Positions 17,831 to 29,400 of a stretch of DNA of 63,009 bases are shown piece by piece. Source of the DNA: a virus. Taxonomy: Duplodnaviria > Caudoviricetes. The stretch covers positions 1 through 63,009 of IMG/VR virus record IMGVR_UViG_3300036774_000098. The stretch is one strand, 5' to 3'. Each line of letters opens with the position of its first letter. Position 1 is the first letter of the stretch. Both the position numbers and the translations under genes were made by a program. The notes beneath the pieces are model-generated. The model was not told the origin of the DNA. It made no database searches and saw only the letters and a program-made list of their open reading frames with translations.

Positions 17831-18432
17831 TTATGGAAAAAGCTACCGAAGCGGCTGGCAAGGTCGACGAGAAGAAAGAGTCCAAGGCTGAGATGCGCTA
17901 CAAGCACGCATCCAACCACAAGAAGACCGGCGATGCTGGGAAAGAGCCAGCTGGCGGCGAAGGCAGCCCGCGCCATCTCGGCGGCGAAGAGAACAAGGGC
18001 GACGGCGCTCCGCACAGTCCGCTCAAAGAATTGCATGCCCGGCACGCCGCGGCGCACGACGCCATGGACGCCAAGCATAAAGGCGAGCGCGAGGGCCTCC
18101 ATGCCGAGCATGAGAAGAACCTCGCCAAGCACGGCGCCCGGCCCGACGTCCACGCGACTCATCATGAGCAGCGCACGCGCCAGCACCGTCACCACGCCGA
18201 TGAGAAGCGCGCTCTGAACGACCAGCACTCGATGGACCACCTGCAGGCTGCGGGCATCCATGGAGGAACAGGCCTGGGAGCGTCTCCTGAGGCTGGAGCA
18301 GGCCCAGGCGCTACACCAGCCCCGGCTATGGCTTCGGCCGGCGTAGGGGCTGCTGGAGCCGGTTCTCCGCCAGCGATGGCGGGCCAGCCACAACCACCCA
18401 TGGGCGGCGCTCCTGCCGCAGCGATGGCGTAA
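17827..18432 (+). CDS. His-rich, low-complexity protein
   Basis: Central His/Glu/Arg helix; Gly/Ala/Pro tail. Confidence 0.6.
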   Translation: MIMEKATEAAGKVDEKKESKAEMRYKHASNHKKTGDAGKEPAGGEGSPRHLGGEENKGDGAPHSPLKELHARHAAAHDAMDAKHKGEREGLHAEHEKNLAKHGARPDVHATHHEQRTRQHRHHADEKRALNDQHSMDHLQAAGIHGGTGLGASPEAGAGPGATPAPAMASAGVGAAGAGSPPAMAGQPQPPMGGAPAAAMA

Positions 18433-18459
18433 CCCTCAAACCCTGACGAGACAAAAATT

Positions 18460-18723
18460 ATGACGCATACCGTCCACGTTCATCATCCCAAGCATGGCAA
18501 CCACGCGATCACCGTGACCGACCATGCTCACGCTCACGTAGGTCATCACCACGAGGATCATCCTCACGTGGCCCATCTGAAGACCCTCGTTGGCGCGACC
18601 ATCACCCACCTGGAAGCCATGAAGGAACACCACCCTCATGCTGTTCGTGAGCTGGCCCACGCCATCACTCATGTCCAGTCCGCTTCGCTGTTCGCCGACC
18701 ACGGCGTTCACAAAGGGAAGTAA
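18460..18723 (+). CDS. Very His-rich small protein
   Basis: 23 His in 87 aa, counted by eye. Confidence 0.65.
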   Translation: MTHTVHVHHPKHGNHAITVTDHAHAHVGHHHEDHPHVAHLKTLVGATITHLEAMKEHHPHAVRELAHAITHVQSASLFADHGVHKGK

Positions 18724-18727
18724 TCCA

Positions 18728-19045
18728 ATGCGCTATAGGGATATGAAGAATGAAAGAGACGAGGATGAGGAAGACCATCTTCATCTGAAGCCCATAGAGT
18801 CCGAGTATCCCTATGGCCTTTGCATTCGTCTAACGGAGAAAGAGCTGGAGAAGCTCGAACTCTGTGATGACGTGGAGGTCGGGGACTTTCTCCATGGAGC
18901 CTTTCTCGCCAAGGTGACCAGCATCTCCAGCCACTCTCATGAGAAACAGGGAAGTGGCATGGACATTGAACTCCAGATCGTCGCTATGGCGGTCGAGGAC
19001 GAATCGACTGAAGTCGAAGACGAAGAGCAAGACGAAGAATACTAA
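18728..19045 (+). CDS. Capsid staple-like protein
   Basis: YPYGLCIRL...ELEKL...VGD....A.V...IELQI. Confidence 0.65.
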   Translation: MRYRDMKNERDEDEEDHLHLKPIESEYPYGLCIRLTEKELEKLELCDDVEVGDFLHGAFLAKVTSISSHSHEKQGSGMDIELQIVAMAVEDESTEVEDEEQDEEY

Positions 19046-19060
19046 GATGAGGAGTAGGAC

Positions 19061-19846
19061 GTGGACGCCGTCACTATCGTTAATATGGCGCTCGCCGAGA
19101 TTGGCGCGCAAGCGCAGGTGAGCAGCATAAACCCTTCGGACGGGAGCGCCGAGGGGAACGTGGCGTCCTTGTTCTATGGGCCGAAGATCGATGACCTGCA
19201 CCGGGCGGCGCACTGGAATTTCGCCCGGTTCCAGAACTCTCTTACGCTCCTCAAAGCCGCACAGGGGACACCGGAGAACCCGACAGGGACCACTCTCCCC
19301 ATCCCCCTACAGCCCTGGGCCTATAGTTACGCGTGGCCCAGCGACTGTCTCAAACCCCGTTACATCCTGCCGGTCATGCCGACCACGGGCGGATCGGTTC
19401 CGTTCACCACGGCAGACAACACTGGCACGCCGGGCTACGCCTCAGACTTTGCTGTCAGGTTCGCCGTGGCCTCGGACACCGACGCCCTCGGCAACCGGGT
19501 GCGCTGCATCCTCACCAACATGTCCCAGGCCCAGCTCGTCTACACCGGCCGGGTAACGGACCCCAATCTCTGGGACGCCGCTTTCATCCAGTGCGCCACC
19601 TCTTACCTCGGCGCGTGGTTCGTGAACGCGCTCGCGCGCAACGCGGCTCTCCATAAGGACCAGATGAACATCGCCATGCAGATCATCAACAAGGCGAGGG
19701 TGACCGATGGCAACGAGGGGCCGACGACTCAGGATCACATCCCAGACTGGATCAGAGCCAGAGGAACATCTCCAGCTTACGTTGGCAATGGGGCGTTCTA
19801 TTACGGCTGGGACATCATCAACTTCCCGAATGGGTTCCAGCTCTAA
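19061..19846 (+). CDS. Tail tubular protein A / head-tail adaptor
   Basis: IVNMALAEIG, WNFAR, W.Y.Y.WPSDCL, D..F, DGNE; GTG start with RBS. Confidence 0.8.
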   Translation: MDAVTIVNMALAEIGAQAQVSSINPSDGSAEGNVASLFYGPKIDDLHRAAHWNFARFQNSLTLLKAAQGTPENPTGTTLPIPLQPWAYSYAWPSDCLKPRYILPVMPTTGGSVPFTTADNTGTPGYASDFAVRFAVASDTDALGNRVRCILTNMSQAQLVYTGRVTDPNLWDAAFIQCATSYLGAWFVNALARNAALHKDQMNIAMQIINKARVTDGNEGPTTQDHIPDWIRARGTSPAYVGNGAFYYGWDIINFPNGFQL

Positions 19847-19855
19847 GGATATACT

Positions 19856-20461
19856 ATGGCTCTGTTCCCTCCTGGCGATAATTACCCGATAGACATCTAC
19901 CCCGTCAAGAACCCTCTTGACGGGACCGAGATGCTCGAAATCCATAACCAGGGCACCAAGAAGCTTTACGCTCGTATGCCAGACATCGCCGCCTATATCG
20001 TCGGCGTTCAGTCGGTTATCAGCAATCTGGTCTCGACGCCTCCCGTGTCGCCGGCTGACCAGGACGCCTATATCGTCGCCACGGGCGGAACCGGCGCATG
20101 GCTCGGCAAGGACAACCAGATTGCCGTTTACAACCTGTACTACCGCACCTGGGTGTTCATCACGCCAAAGACCGGGTGGGTGGCTCTTGTTACGGTTTCC
20201 GGCATCCAATACCTCTGGAACGGGACCTCCTGGTCCACGCCATACGCCAGGGGGCAGTTCACGCTGACTGCCAACGCGACGTCAACCGTGGTGACCAACA
20301 CCCTCTGCCAAGCCACCAGTGTGATCCTCGTCATGCCGGTTACAGCCGATGCGGCGAATGATCTGGCTATTATGTGGTTCGCTCCGACGGCCGGATCGTT
20401 TACAGTGAACCACGCCAACAACGCCAGAGTCGACAGGACGTTCAACTATGTCATTCACTAA
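19856..20461 (+). CDS. DUF2793-domain protein
   Basis: PP.SP...DAYIVA.G.TGAW.GKD.QIA...W.FITP..GW. Confidence 0.8.
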   Translation: MALFPPGDNYPIDIYPVKNPLDGTEMLEIHNQGTKKLYARMPDIAAYIVGVQSVISNLVSTPPVSPADQDAYIVATGGTGAWLGKDNQIAVYNLYYRTWVFITPKTGWVALVTVSGIQYLWNGTSWSTPYARGQFTLTANATSTVVTNTLCQATSVILVMPVTADAANDLAIMWFAPTAGSFTVNHANNARVDRTFNYVIH

Positions 20462-22439
20462 GATCATCGCCGCGCTCGCGATCACCGTCCTCAGCGCGAC
20501 CAGCGCTCTGGCGCAGAACACCTTCTACGCCAACGACGCCACCTTCAAGGCCATTACCGGCAGTCAGCTCCCGGCGCTGCCCGCCAATACGATCACCGGC
20601 AACAACACCGGAGTATCTTCTGCGCCGTTGAACCTGACCTATCCCCAGGTCGAAGCGGTCCTGAACGCCAAGTTCAATTTCATCACCGATTTCGCAGGCG
20701 TGGCCGATGGCGTCACCAACAACTATACGGCCCTCCAGAACGCCTGCAACGGCTCTGGAGGCGCGAAGCTGTTCATCCCTGCTGGCAGTTACGCCGTGAC
20801 GGTCCCGGCCTCCACGATCCTCTGCACGGTCCCTGCGAACACCGTGATCGAAGGGGCTGGCAAAGGCGTCACCATTCTGAACCTCACGGTGTCCGACACC
20901 GCCTTCACGAACATCTTCACCCTCACAAATGCGGGCGTCGTGTTCAGGAACATGACGATCAACATCATCACGACGTCGACCGTCAACACCACCCTGTTCG
21001 GCCTGCAGACGAGCAACATCAGGTTCGAGAACTGCGCCTTCACGGGCAACGCTGTTGAGGGCGTGCGTGTCGGCGGAACCGCGACGAACCTCGACACGAT
21101 CAACATCATCTTCACGTCGACGGCTCTCACCGGGTCGCCGATCACCATCACCTACACGGTGGGCACGGGCAACACCACAGCCCAGATGGCCCAGGGGCTC
21201 GTCAACGCCGTCAACGCCAACGCCGTCCTGACGACAGCCGGCGTCACGGCGACGCTCGACGGCAGCTTCGTCAAGATCAATCAGGTCGACACCCTGATCC
21301 CGCAGGCGAGCTACACTACGTCGGTGACCGGAACCGCGACCGAGACCCTGACCATCGGCCCATCCAGCCAGCTCTCTCTCGTCGTGATCAGCGGCACGGA
21401 GGCCGACGACTTCGCCATGCTCCAGGATGACGTCTCCGGGTTCAACTACGTGATCCTGAAGGCGAACGCCACCACCACGATCAACAAGCGTTTTTCCTTC
21501 GTCGGCGGCTTCTATAACCGCAACATCACGGGCGCGCTCAACATCAACAGCCCGTCCGGGTCGTTCGATGGGTTGCTCATAAGCGGAGTCCAGATTGGCT
21601 CCGTCGGTCTCAACAACGCGAACGATCTTCCTATCGCCCTGTCTCACGTCACCGACGCCAGGATCGCGGAGAATTATCTGGTCGGGACGTACCAGCAGAA
21701 CGCCATGCATTTCGAAGAGGGAGCCAACAACCTCGTCATCGCAGACAACGTCATCGAGATGACGACGTCGTCTGGCCTCGGCGCTGGCTACAACGGCACC
21801 TGCATGTACTTCGTCGACAACACGATTGGCGGCGGCGGCGCGAAGCCCGTCAATAACGTTTCCATAACCGGAAACACGTGCGTTGGGGAGACCGCCAACG
21901 TCTCTGGCCAGGGCGTCTGGGCGGCGACCGTTTCCGCCGCTCACCTGAGGTGGTCGATATCCGGGAACGTGTTCTCTGGGTTCTTCAACGGCATCAGGGC
22001 GGACAGCGTGAACGGCATGTCCATAATCGGGAACACCCTTACGAACTACGCCGCTTCTGGCGTCGGCATCAACCTCGGCGCTGGCGTCACTTACTCCGTC
22101 GTCTCCCAGAACAGCATCAGGACGTATACGACCGGCCTGACGACGGCGGCGACGCTGTCGGTGATCCGCGACAACTACGGCTACAACCCGGTCGGCGTCA
22201 CGGCGTCCACGACTGTCGGCGCGAGCCCGGCGACGATCTGCGCCGGATCGAGCCCTGAGACCCATTATTACAAACAGTCCCTGACCAACACGGCGACAGT
22301 CGCCTTGAGCGGAACCACCGTCGCCACCCTGGTCGCCGCAACGGTTAGTGTCCCGGCCGTCATTGATCTCGGCCCGAATGAATGTCTCGTCGTCACCTGG
22401 ACGACGACTGCTCCCACCTATTTGAAGTCGGTGCACTAA
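20448..22439 (+). CDS. Right-handed beta-helix (tailspike/depolymerase-like) protein with N-terminal signal peptide
   Basis: DF.GVADGVTNN..ALQ.A...LFIPAG.Y, parallel beta-helix repeats (I..N...); N-terminus MSFTKIIAALAITVLSATSALA. Confidence 0.8.
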   Translation: MSFTKIIAALAITVLSATSALAQNTFYANDATFKAITGSQLPALPANTITGNNTGVSSAPLNLTYPQVEAVLNAKFNFITDFAGVADGVTNNYTALQNACNGSGGAKLFIPAGSYAVTVPASTILCTVPANTVIEGAGKGVTILNLTVSDTAFTNIFTLTNAGVVFRNMTINIITTSTVNTTLFGLQTSNIRFENCAFTGNAVEGVRVGGTATNLDTINIIFTSTALTGSPITITYTVGTGNTTAQMAQGLVNAVNANAVLTTAGVTATLDGSFVKINQVDTLIPQASYTTSVTGTATETLTIGPSSQLSLVVISGTEADDFAMLQDDVSGFNYVILKANATTTINKRFSFVGGFYNRNITGALNINSPSGSFDGLLISGVQIGSVGLNNANDLPIALSHVTDARIAENYLVGTYQQNAMHFEEGANNLVIADNVIEMTTSSGLGAGYNGTCMYFVDNTIGGGGAKPVNNVSITGNTCVGETANVSGQGVWAATVSAAHLRWSISGNVFSGFFNGIRADSVNGMSIIGNTLTNYAASGVGINLGAGVTYSVVSQNSIRTYTTGLTTAATLSVIRDNYGYNPVGVTASTTVGASPATICAGSSPETHYYKQSLTNTATVALSGTTVATLVAATVSVPAVIDLGPNECLVVTWTTTAPTYLKSVH

Positions 22440-25364
22440 ATGACGACGGCAAAGATCCTCACGAGTTTCGCCAGCGGTGAGATCAGCCCGACGCTGTTCG
22501 GACGCACTGACCTCGCGAAGTTCCAGGTTGGCGCGGCGACGATCCGCAACATGTACGTCGACTACAGAGGAGGCGTCTCCAGCAGGGGAGGCCTCGCCTT
22601 CGTTGGAGCATCCAAGACGGCCGGGACTTCGCTGCCGCCCCGGCTGATCCCGTTCACCTTCAACGTCCAGGCGGGCCAGACCTACGTCCTCGAATTCGGG
22701 GACAAGTATGTTCGCTTCATCCAGAACGGCGGTTACATCCTCGAGAACGCCCTGACCATCTCGGCGGCCACCAACGCCAGTCCAGGCGTGGTGACGTCGG
22801 TCGCTCACGGCTTCGCCACGGGCGATTGGGTGTACTTCTCCAACGTCCAGGGCATGACGCTGCTCAACGGCAAGACAGCGGTCATCAGCGTCATCAACGC
22901 CGATCAGTTCGCCCTCCTGGACATCTTCGGGTTGCCGATAAGCACGGTTTCCTACGGGACGTTCACCGCGGGGAATGTTTCGCGCATCTACACCCTGGCG
23001 AGCCCCTACGCCATCGCTGATCTCCCGTATTTGAAGTTCGATCAGTCCGCCGACGTTATGACGCTGGTTCACACCAGCTACCCGCCATACGATCTCAAGC
23101 GGTACGCCAGCAATAACTGGACGCTGACGAAGGAATCCTTCACCACGGCGATCAACCCTCCGCCGACGATCACCTGCTGGCCAAACACGACGGCGATCGG
23201 CGTCACGACCTACCAGTACTGCGTCACGGCCATCGACTCGTCCACGGGCCAGGAAAGCGTCGCCAGCCCTATCGCCACGTCGACGGCGACCGTGAATATC
23301 GCCACGACGGCTGGCTCCCTGAACGTGCAGTGGCCGGCTGTTGCAGGGGCGTCCAGCTATCGGGTCTACAAGGCCCCGACGTCCGTGGGCACGTCAGGCA
23401 TCCCGAGCGGCATCCAGTTCGGCTATATGAGCTCCACCACGGGCGTTTCCACGGTGGACAGCAACATCCTGCCCGACTACACAACGACGCCACCGCTCCA
23501 CCAGAACCCGTTTGCGACGTCATCGGTGAACTACATCACCGTGACCAACGGCGGGACCGGCTATGCCCAGAACACGACCACCGCGACCATCTCGTCTTCG
23601 ACCGGGACCGGAGCAGCTTTGACCGTGATCGTCGGCATCGCTGGCTCGACGTCGGGCATCGCCGCAGGAGCAGCAGGCGCGACCGGCTCCGTCCAGTCCA
23701 TCATCGTCGTGAACGGCGGCGAAGGCTATGCCCCCACCGACACCGTGGTGATCACCGACTCGGGCGGCGGCGTCAACGCGGTCGCCAGCCTGACGCTCAA
23801 CCCGGCTACGGGGACATGGCCTGGGGTCGTCGGATATTTCCAGCAGCGCCGGGTCTACGCGGCGACGACGAACGAACCGAACACCTACTGGATGTCGAGA
23901 CCCGGGTCCTTCCTGAATTTCGACAAGAGCTTCCCGACCGTCGGCAATGACGCGATCAAGGGCACCCCCTGGTCCAAGCAGATCAACGGCGTCTCCTGGC
24001 TGGTCCCCATGCCGGGCGGGCTTGTGGTCCTGGCAGGGTTAGGGGCTTGGCAGGTGAGCGGTGGAGCCAATGGCGCTGCGGTGACCCCAGCCACCCAGAC
24101 TGCACAGCCCCAGGCCTACAATGGCGTCTCACAGACGGTGCCGCCCATCGTCATCAACTACGACATCATCTACCTGCAGCAGAAGGGCTATCAGGTTCTC
24201 GATCTGAGCTACAACTTCTTCACGAACATCTACACGGGCGTGGACATTACCATCATGTCCAACCACCTGTTCCTGACGCCGATCCGGGAATGGTGCTGGG
24301 CGCAGAGCCCGCACAAGCTGATCTGGGCGGTGAAGACCGATGGCTCCCTGCTGAGCCTGACCTACCTGAAAGAGCAGGAGGTCCAGGGCTGGGCCAGACA
24401 CGACACCAACGGGCTCTTCAAGTCGGTGACCTCTGTCTCCGAGGGACTCAACGACGGCGTCTACTTCGTCGTCCAGCGCTTCGTCCGTGGCCAGTGGATG
24501 TACTATATCGAGCGCATCAACGACCGGAACTGGGAAGGCATTGACGACGTCTTCGCCGTGGACGCCGGGCTGACCAACGTGATCAACAAGCCGAACGCCG
24601 TCCTGACAGCGTCGGCGGCAACCGGCTCTGGCGTTACCTTCACCGCGTCCTCCGCCGTGTTCACGGCCGCCAATGTCGGCGACGTGATCCGTATCGGCGG
24701 CGGCATGGCGACGGTGACCGCTTTCAGTTCCGCCACCCAGGTCACCGGGACTTTCACATTCCCGATCCTGCTGACGACGCCGAACGACCCGAACAAAGCT
24801 CCTCTGCCAGCCGCTCCCGGAGCCTGGGCCATATCGACGCCGGTCTCCACGGTCTACGGCCTCGATCACCTGGAAGGCGCGAGCGTCGCCGTTGTGGCTG
24901 ACGGTTCGGTCTATCCCAGCCAGACGGTTACCGGAGGATCGATCAGCATCGCCCCTCAGACGGCCTCGGCAATCTCCGTGGGCCTGCCCTACACCTGCCA
25001 GCTTCAGAGCCTCTACACGGATGTCCAGGGCGGCGGCACCGTGCAGGGCAAACGTAAGAACATCCCCGGCGTCACCGTCCGGGTGGCCAAGTCGCGCGGG
25101 TTCAAGGTCGGAGCCAATCAGGTCGACAGCTCGACGCAGACGACCCTGGCCGCCACCACCTGGACGAACCTCATTGAGATTAAGGATCGGAACGCCAACG
25201 TGTTCGCTGGCAACGCCGTCCCCCTGTACACCGGAGACAAGTTCCTCAGGATCAACCCGGACTGGAAGAAACCAGGGCAGATCAGCGTGCAGCAGGACTA
25301 TCCTTTACCACTCACGGTTGTAGCAATCGTGCCGGAAATAGTTGTGGGGGACGACAACGGGTGA
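22440..25364 (+). CDS. Tail tubular protein B (nozzle) with inserted domains
   Basis: SFASGEISP...GRTD, RLIPF, LEFGDKYVRF, QSADV, QQRR, EQEV.GWARH, GLDHLEG, Q..PLP; ATNASPGVVT..AHG insert. Confidence 0.9.
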   Translation: MTTAKILTSFASGEISPTLFGRTDLAKFQVGAATIRNMYVDYRGGVSSRGGLAFVGASKTAGTSLPPRLIPFTFNVQAGQTYVLEFGDKYVRFIQNGGYILENALTISAATNASPGVVTSVAHGFATGDWVYFSNVQGMTLLNGKTAVISVINADQFALLDIFGLPISTVSYGTFTAGNVSRIYTLASPYAIADLPYLKFDQSADVMTLVHTSYPPYDLKRYASNNWTLTKESFTTAINPPPTITCWPNTTAIGVTTYQYCVTAIDSSTGQESVASPIATSTATVNIATTAGSLNVQWPAVAGASSYRVYKAPTSVGTSGIPSGIQFGYMSSTTGVSTVDSNILPDYTTTPPLHQNPFATSSVNYITVTNGGTGYAQNTTTATISSSTGTGAALTVIVGIAGSTSGIAAGAAGATGSVQSIIVVNGGEGYAPTDTVVITDSGGGVNAVASLTLNPATGTWPGVVGYFQQRRVYAATTNEPNTYWMSRPGSFLNFDKSFPTVGNDAIKGTPWSKQINGVSWLVPMPGGLVVLAGLGAWQVSGGANGAAVTPATQTAQPQAYNGVSQTVPPIVINYDIIYLQQKGYQVLDLSYNFFTNIYTGVDITIMSNHLFLTPIREWCWAQSPHKLIWAVKTDGSLLSLTYLKEQEVQGWARHDTNGLFKSVTSVSEGLNDGVYFVVQRFVRGQWMYYIERINDRNWEGIDDVFAVDAGLTNVINKPNAVLTASAATGSGVTFTASSAVFTAANVGDVIRIGGGMATVTAFSSATQVTGTFTFPILLTTPNDPNKAPLPAAPGAWAISTPVSTVYGLDHLEGASVAVVADGSVYPSQTVTGGSISIAPQTASAISVGLPYTCQLQSLYTDVQGGGTVQGKRKNIPGVTVRVAKSRGFKVGANQVDSSTQTTLAATTWTNLIEIKDRNANVFAGNAVPLYTGDKFLRINPDWKKPGQISVQQDYPLPLTVVAIVPEIVVGDDNG

Positions 25365-25378
25365 GGAAAAGATAATGG

Positions 25379-25933
25379 ATGTCTATCGTAGGGTTGTTGC
25401 GAAAGAAAAGTCCAATGGCTAAAGATATCAATGAGTTAGTCGATCCAGCGATGCAGGTCGTCTCGACCTCGCTCCGCAATCACATCTGGATTCGCTATGT
25501 CCTGCCTGGGGACGAGAAGGCCCTCCTCGCCAACATGCGCAGGAAGGACATCGAAGAGTGCCGGGCGATGGGGATGTCGCCCGGACGAGCCCTGCGCACC
25601 TCGATCAAGAACTCTCTCTACGTGAAGTCGGTATGGCTCGACGACACGATCATCGCCATGCTCGGGCTCGGCGGGTCGATCATCTCGGACATCGGCTGCG
25701 CCTGGATGCTGACCGGAAACGGAATCGAGAAGGTCCCGGTGTCGTTCGCCCGCGTCGCCAGATTTGAGACGGATGAGATGCTGAAGTACAAGAAAACCAT
25801 TTTCAATTACGTTTCAGAAGACTATCCTGAAGCTGCAAAGTTTTTCGGCATCATCGGGTTCCACGTCTCGCAGCCAGTTGTCGCCGGAAAGCACGGAAAC
25901 ATGTTCCACCAGATAATCAAGTCGGGAGTTTGA
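25379..25933 (+). CDS. GNAT-like internal virion protein (T7 gp13/DUF2833-like)
   Basis: MR..D..EC, WMLT, NYV, GF; position after the nozzle. Confidence 0.7.
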   Translation: MSIVGLLRKKSPMAKDINELVDPAMQVVSTSLRNHIWIRYVLPGDEKALLANMRRKDIEECRAMGMSPGRALRTSIKNSLYVKSVWLDDTIIAMLGLGGSIISDIGCAWMLTGNGIEKVPVSFARVARFETDEMLKYKKTIFNYVSEDYPEAAKFFGIIGFHVSQPVVAGKHGNMFHQIIKSGV

Positions 25934-25934
25934 A

Positions 25935-26429
25935 ATGGGACCATTTATGGCGGTGATCCCCCTGGCGATCTCGGCGGCAGGCGCGGCGGCTTCAGGCATA
26001 GCCGCATCCAACGCTGCGGATTATCAGGCTCAGGTCGCCAAGCAGAACGCAGCCTTCGCCGCTCAGAAGGCGCAGATGGGAATGCAGGACGCCGCCACCA
26101 AGCTGGCGGAGAAGGGCCTGCAAGATAAAGCCACCATGGGGAAGATGGAGGCCGGTCAGGCAAGCAGTGGCCTGACCGTCAAGGCTGGCTCTACCGGCGA
26201 CGTCCTTGAGAGCGAGCGCGCTATCACCAAGACCGGATCACGAGACTTCATGAAAGCCGCCTCCCTCGACTGGTACGCCACCAAGAAGCAGCAGTACAGC
26301 GCTCAGGCAGAGTCAGCTCTCCAGGAAGCGAAGTCCGAGACTGCTCTGTACGCTGGCGCTGCCGAGGCTGGGTCTTCGTTCTTGGGCGGCATGTCGAAGA
26401 TGAATAAAGAATATGGGTGGTTCTCCTGA
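25935..26429 (+). CDS. Small internal virion (ejection) protein
   Basis: Ala-rich; A.YQAQVA.QNA; ASSG; typical position. Confidence 0.7.
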   Translation: MGPFMAVIPLAISAAGAAASGIAASNAADYQAQVAKQNAAFAAQKAQMGMQDAATKLAEKGLQDKATMGKMEAGQASSGLTVKAGSTGDVLESERAITKTGSRDFMKAASLDWYATKKQQYSAQAESALQEAKSETALYAGAAEAGSSFLGGMSKMNKEYGWFS

Positions 26430-29400
26430 TGGCAGACAACATCAACTACACAGGCGCTCCAGAGATCGGACCCAAGATCGATCCGGGCGGCGGCTTCAAC
26501 ATCAACGCCACCCCGGACTCCTTCGGCGCGAGCGCGTTCTCTGCCATCCATAAGCTCGGCCAGACTGGATTTGACGCGGTTGTCAAGCAGCAGGAGCTTG
26601 CCAACGACATCGAGCACAACAAGATGGCGCTCGACATGTCGCAGAAGTTCTCCGAAGAATGGGAGAAGATGGCTTCCAAGACAGGGAAGGCAGCTCACGA
26701 TTACCTCCCGACTTTCCAGGGTAACCTCAGGCAACTGTACAATGACGCTGTCAACGGCGCTCCCAACCCAGCGATAAAGGAGAAGCTCGCCAGCACCATG
26801 TTCCGTGACGTCGACCGCTGGTCGAACCACGGGTCGACTTATGCTGGGACGCAGCTCCGTCAGGCTCACAACGAGGTCCACACTCAGGCCCTGGAGGACA
26901 ACGTCAACAAAGTGGAGCTGATGCGGGAGCAGCCTATCCCCGACATCCTCGAACAGGTCCAGCACGGCACAGGCGGCCTCGGTGGCCTGGACAGCGTTCG
27001 CGAGCGCCTGCACAGCAGCGGCATTGATCCATACGACAAAGACGGCAAGGAGATCCCCGATAACATGGCGACCTACCGGGCGGAGGAGGCCAAGTACTGG
27101 GGAAAGGCTGTCGGCCCAACCATCGAGACGCTCTCCGACAACTGGGAGAATGGGCCGAAGGGACGCGCCGATCTGAAGAAGGCCGAGGAGCTGTTCAAGC
27201 AGACCAGGGACAGGATGGACGCCAAGACGGCGAACCTAATCGAGAAGAGGCTCCAGCCCAAGCTCGACAAGGCCGCTGTCGCTGAAATGGCCGACGCGAA
27301 ACACCCGATTCCTGATGAGGCCGGATACTATCCGACCACGGCCGCAGGCCAGCGCCGCGCCATGCTCGATTCCACGCCGTCGCGCGAGAACGCTCAGCGG
27401 ATGGGGATCGCTCAGCCTGCTGCTGGAGGCCCGTATCGCGGCCCGGCTTTGCCTGCGAGCACCAACCAAGCCATCGATAAGGCGTCAGCAGCGACTGGGG
27501 TAAGCGCCGATCTCCTGAAGACATTTGCTAACTTCGAGAGCAGCGGACGCCACGGAGAGCAGACCGGGAGATACAAGGGCGTCTTCCAGTTGAGCGACGA
27601 GGAGTTCAAGCTGCATGGCAAGGGCGACATCTTCAACGTCGAAGACAACACCATGGCCGCAGCGCGCAAGATCAAGGCCGACACCGCGTCGTTCCGGCTC
27701 GCTACCGGCCGGGACGCGACGCCGTTCGACCTATATCTGATCCACCAGCAAGGGCCAGCAGGCGCTCCTGCCCATGTCAACAACCCAAGTGGCGTCGCCT
27801 GGAAGAATGTGCTGCCGTTCTATACCGACGCGGAGGCTCACCGCCGTGGGTTCGAGAGCGGCGAAGCCATGGCCAAGGCGGCCATATGGGGCAACGTTCC
27901 GACCGACCAGCGCGCCAAGTTCCCTGGTGGAGTAGACAGCCTCACCAGCGGGCAGTTCATGGACATGTGGCGCGGCAAGTTCGAACGCATGACTGGAGGG
28001 GCGCAGCCAGCCGCAGGCGGCGCTCAACCTGGACAACCCCAGGACAACCTGCTCGCCCCAGGCGGCATGACGCGCAGCCAGCTCAGAGAAAACAATCTCA
28101 TCGAGGCGAAGAGGGCGTTCCCGGATAACCCGGTTCGTCAGCACCTCTACAACATCGAGCTGAACCGTCGCGCCGTCGTCGAGAAGACCAATCTCTCTGG
28201 AGAGCGGAACTTCGTCGACGCCACCATGAAGGACTTCGACCTGCGCGTCAGCAAGGGCCTCCCAGGACTTACCCTGGAGAGCACCGGCCTGACCGAGGAT
28301 CGTATCCGGGCGGCGCACAAGGACAAGCCCTGGGTGGCCGAGCACATCATCGAGAGCTTCCGCCTCCAGTCCGCGAACGCCGATAAGCTGGCGTCCATGA
28401 AATTCGCTCCCAAGGAAGACTGGGACGCCTACCTGCGCGATGCGAGCAACGGCCTCGGCATCGACACCGCCATCAAGGCGCACCGGGAGAAGTCAGGGTC
28501 AACGAGCGCCTTCGACGTGGGAGCCAACCCTGAGGCCAGGGGAGAGATCCTGGCCAATGACTTCGCCATCAAGGAGAAGGTCGCTGCTACGGCGCGTAAG
28601 GCGTATTCCGACCACATGGAGGAGATCAAGAAGGATCCGGCCGGCTACCTGATCACGTACGGGAACCCTGCCATTATGAAGGCCAAGAAGGCCGTCGACG
28701 AGGCTGGCAACGACCCGGCGAAGCGAGACAGCGCCTTCCGCGAGTACGTCAGCAAGCTGCAGTCTGCCCAGCTCCAGATGGGTGTTCCCGAGGATAAGGT
28801 CCGGGTTCTCACCAACGCCAAGGCCGAGCAGACCGTCGCCGATATCATGAAGTCTGATAATCCCAAGCGGGACCTGGATGTCATGAAGTCCACATACGGC
28901 AGCCAGTTCCAGTCGATCTTCAGGGACTTGGTGCAGCACGGGAAGCTCCCATCCAAGTTCGAAGCGCTCACGGAACTCGACAACCAGAACGCCAACCTCC
29001 TGGCCGGACGCATCAAGGCCGAGGCGACCGAGAAGGGCAACGAGCATAGACGGCAGATGGAGACCCTCCTCGGGGATAAGAGGGGGAAGATCGCCAAAAC
29101 CGTGCGTGACAATGACACGACCAAGGACTGGATGCTGTCCATGGCGTACAGGCAGGTAGGCGATCCACAGCGGGCTGAAGTCCACAATACGGTGAACATG
29201 CTCGCCGAGGCCCGCGTGCTCGAGCTCGGCGAGGACGTGTCGACGGCGTCCGATAACGCCGTCAAGGCGTTCACCAAGGGTCTCAAGTTCACCAAGGATC
29301 ACGTCGCCATCCCAACAGACAAATATGAAGGCGTCATGGCGGAAGCCAACGACCACGTCAACTTCCTCGACCCGAACAGCATCGTCGTCCCCGCCGCCAT

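Noticed and set aside
20451-23072. Long antisense ORFs (873 aa here; also 8350-10224, 34197-35906, 6910-8031)
   Set aside because: Shadow frames of GC3-biased real genes; no motifs or RBS.
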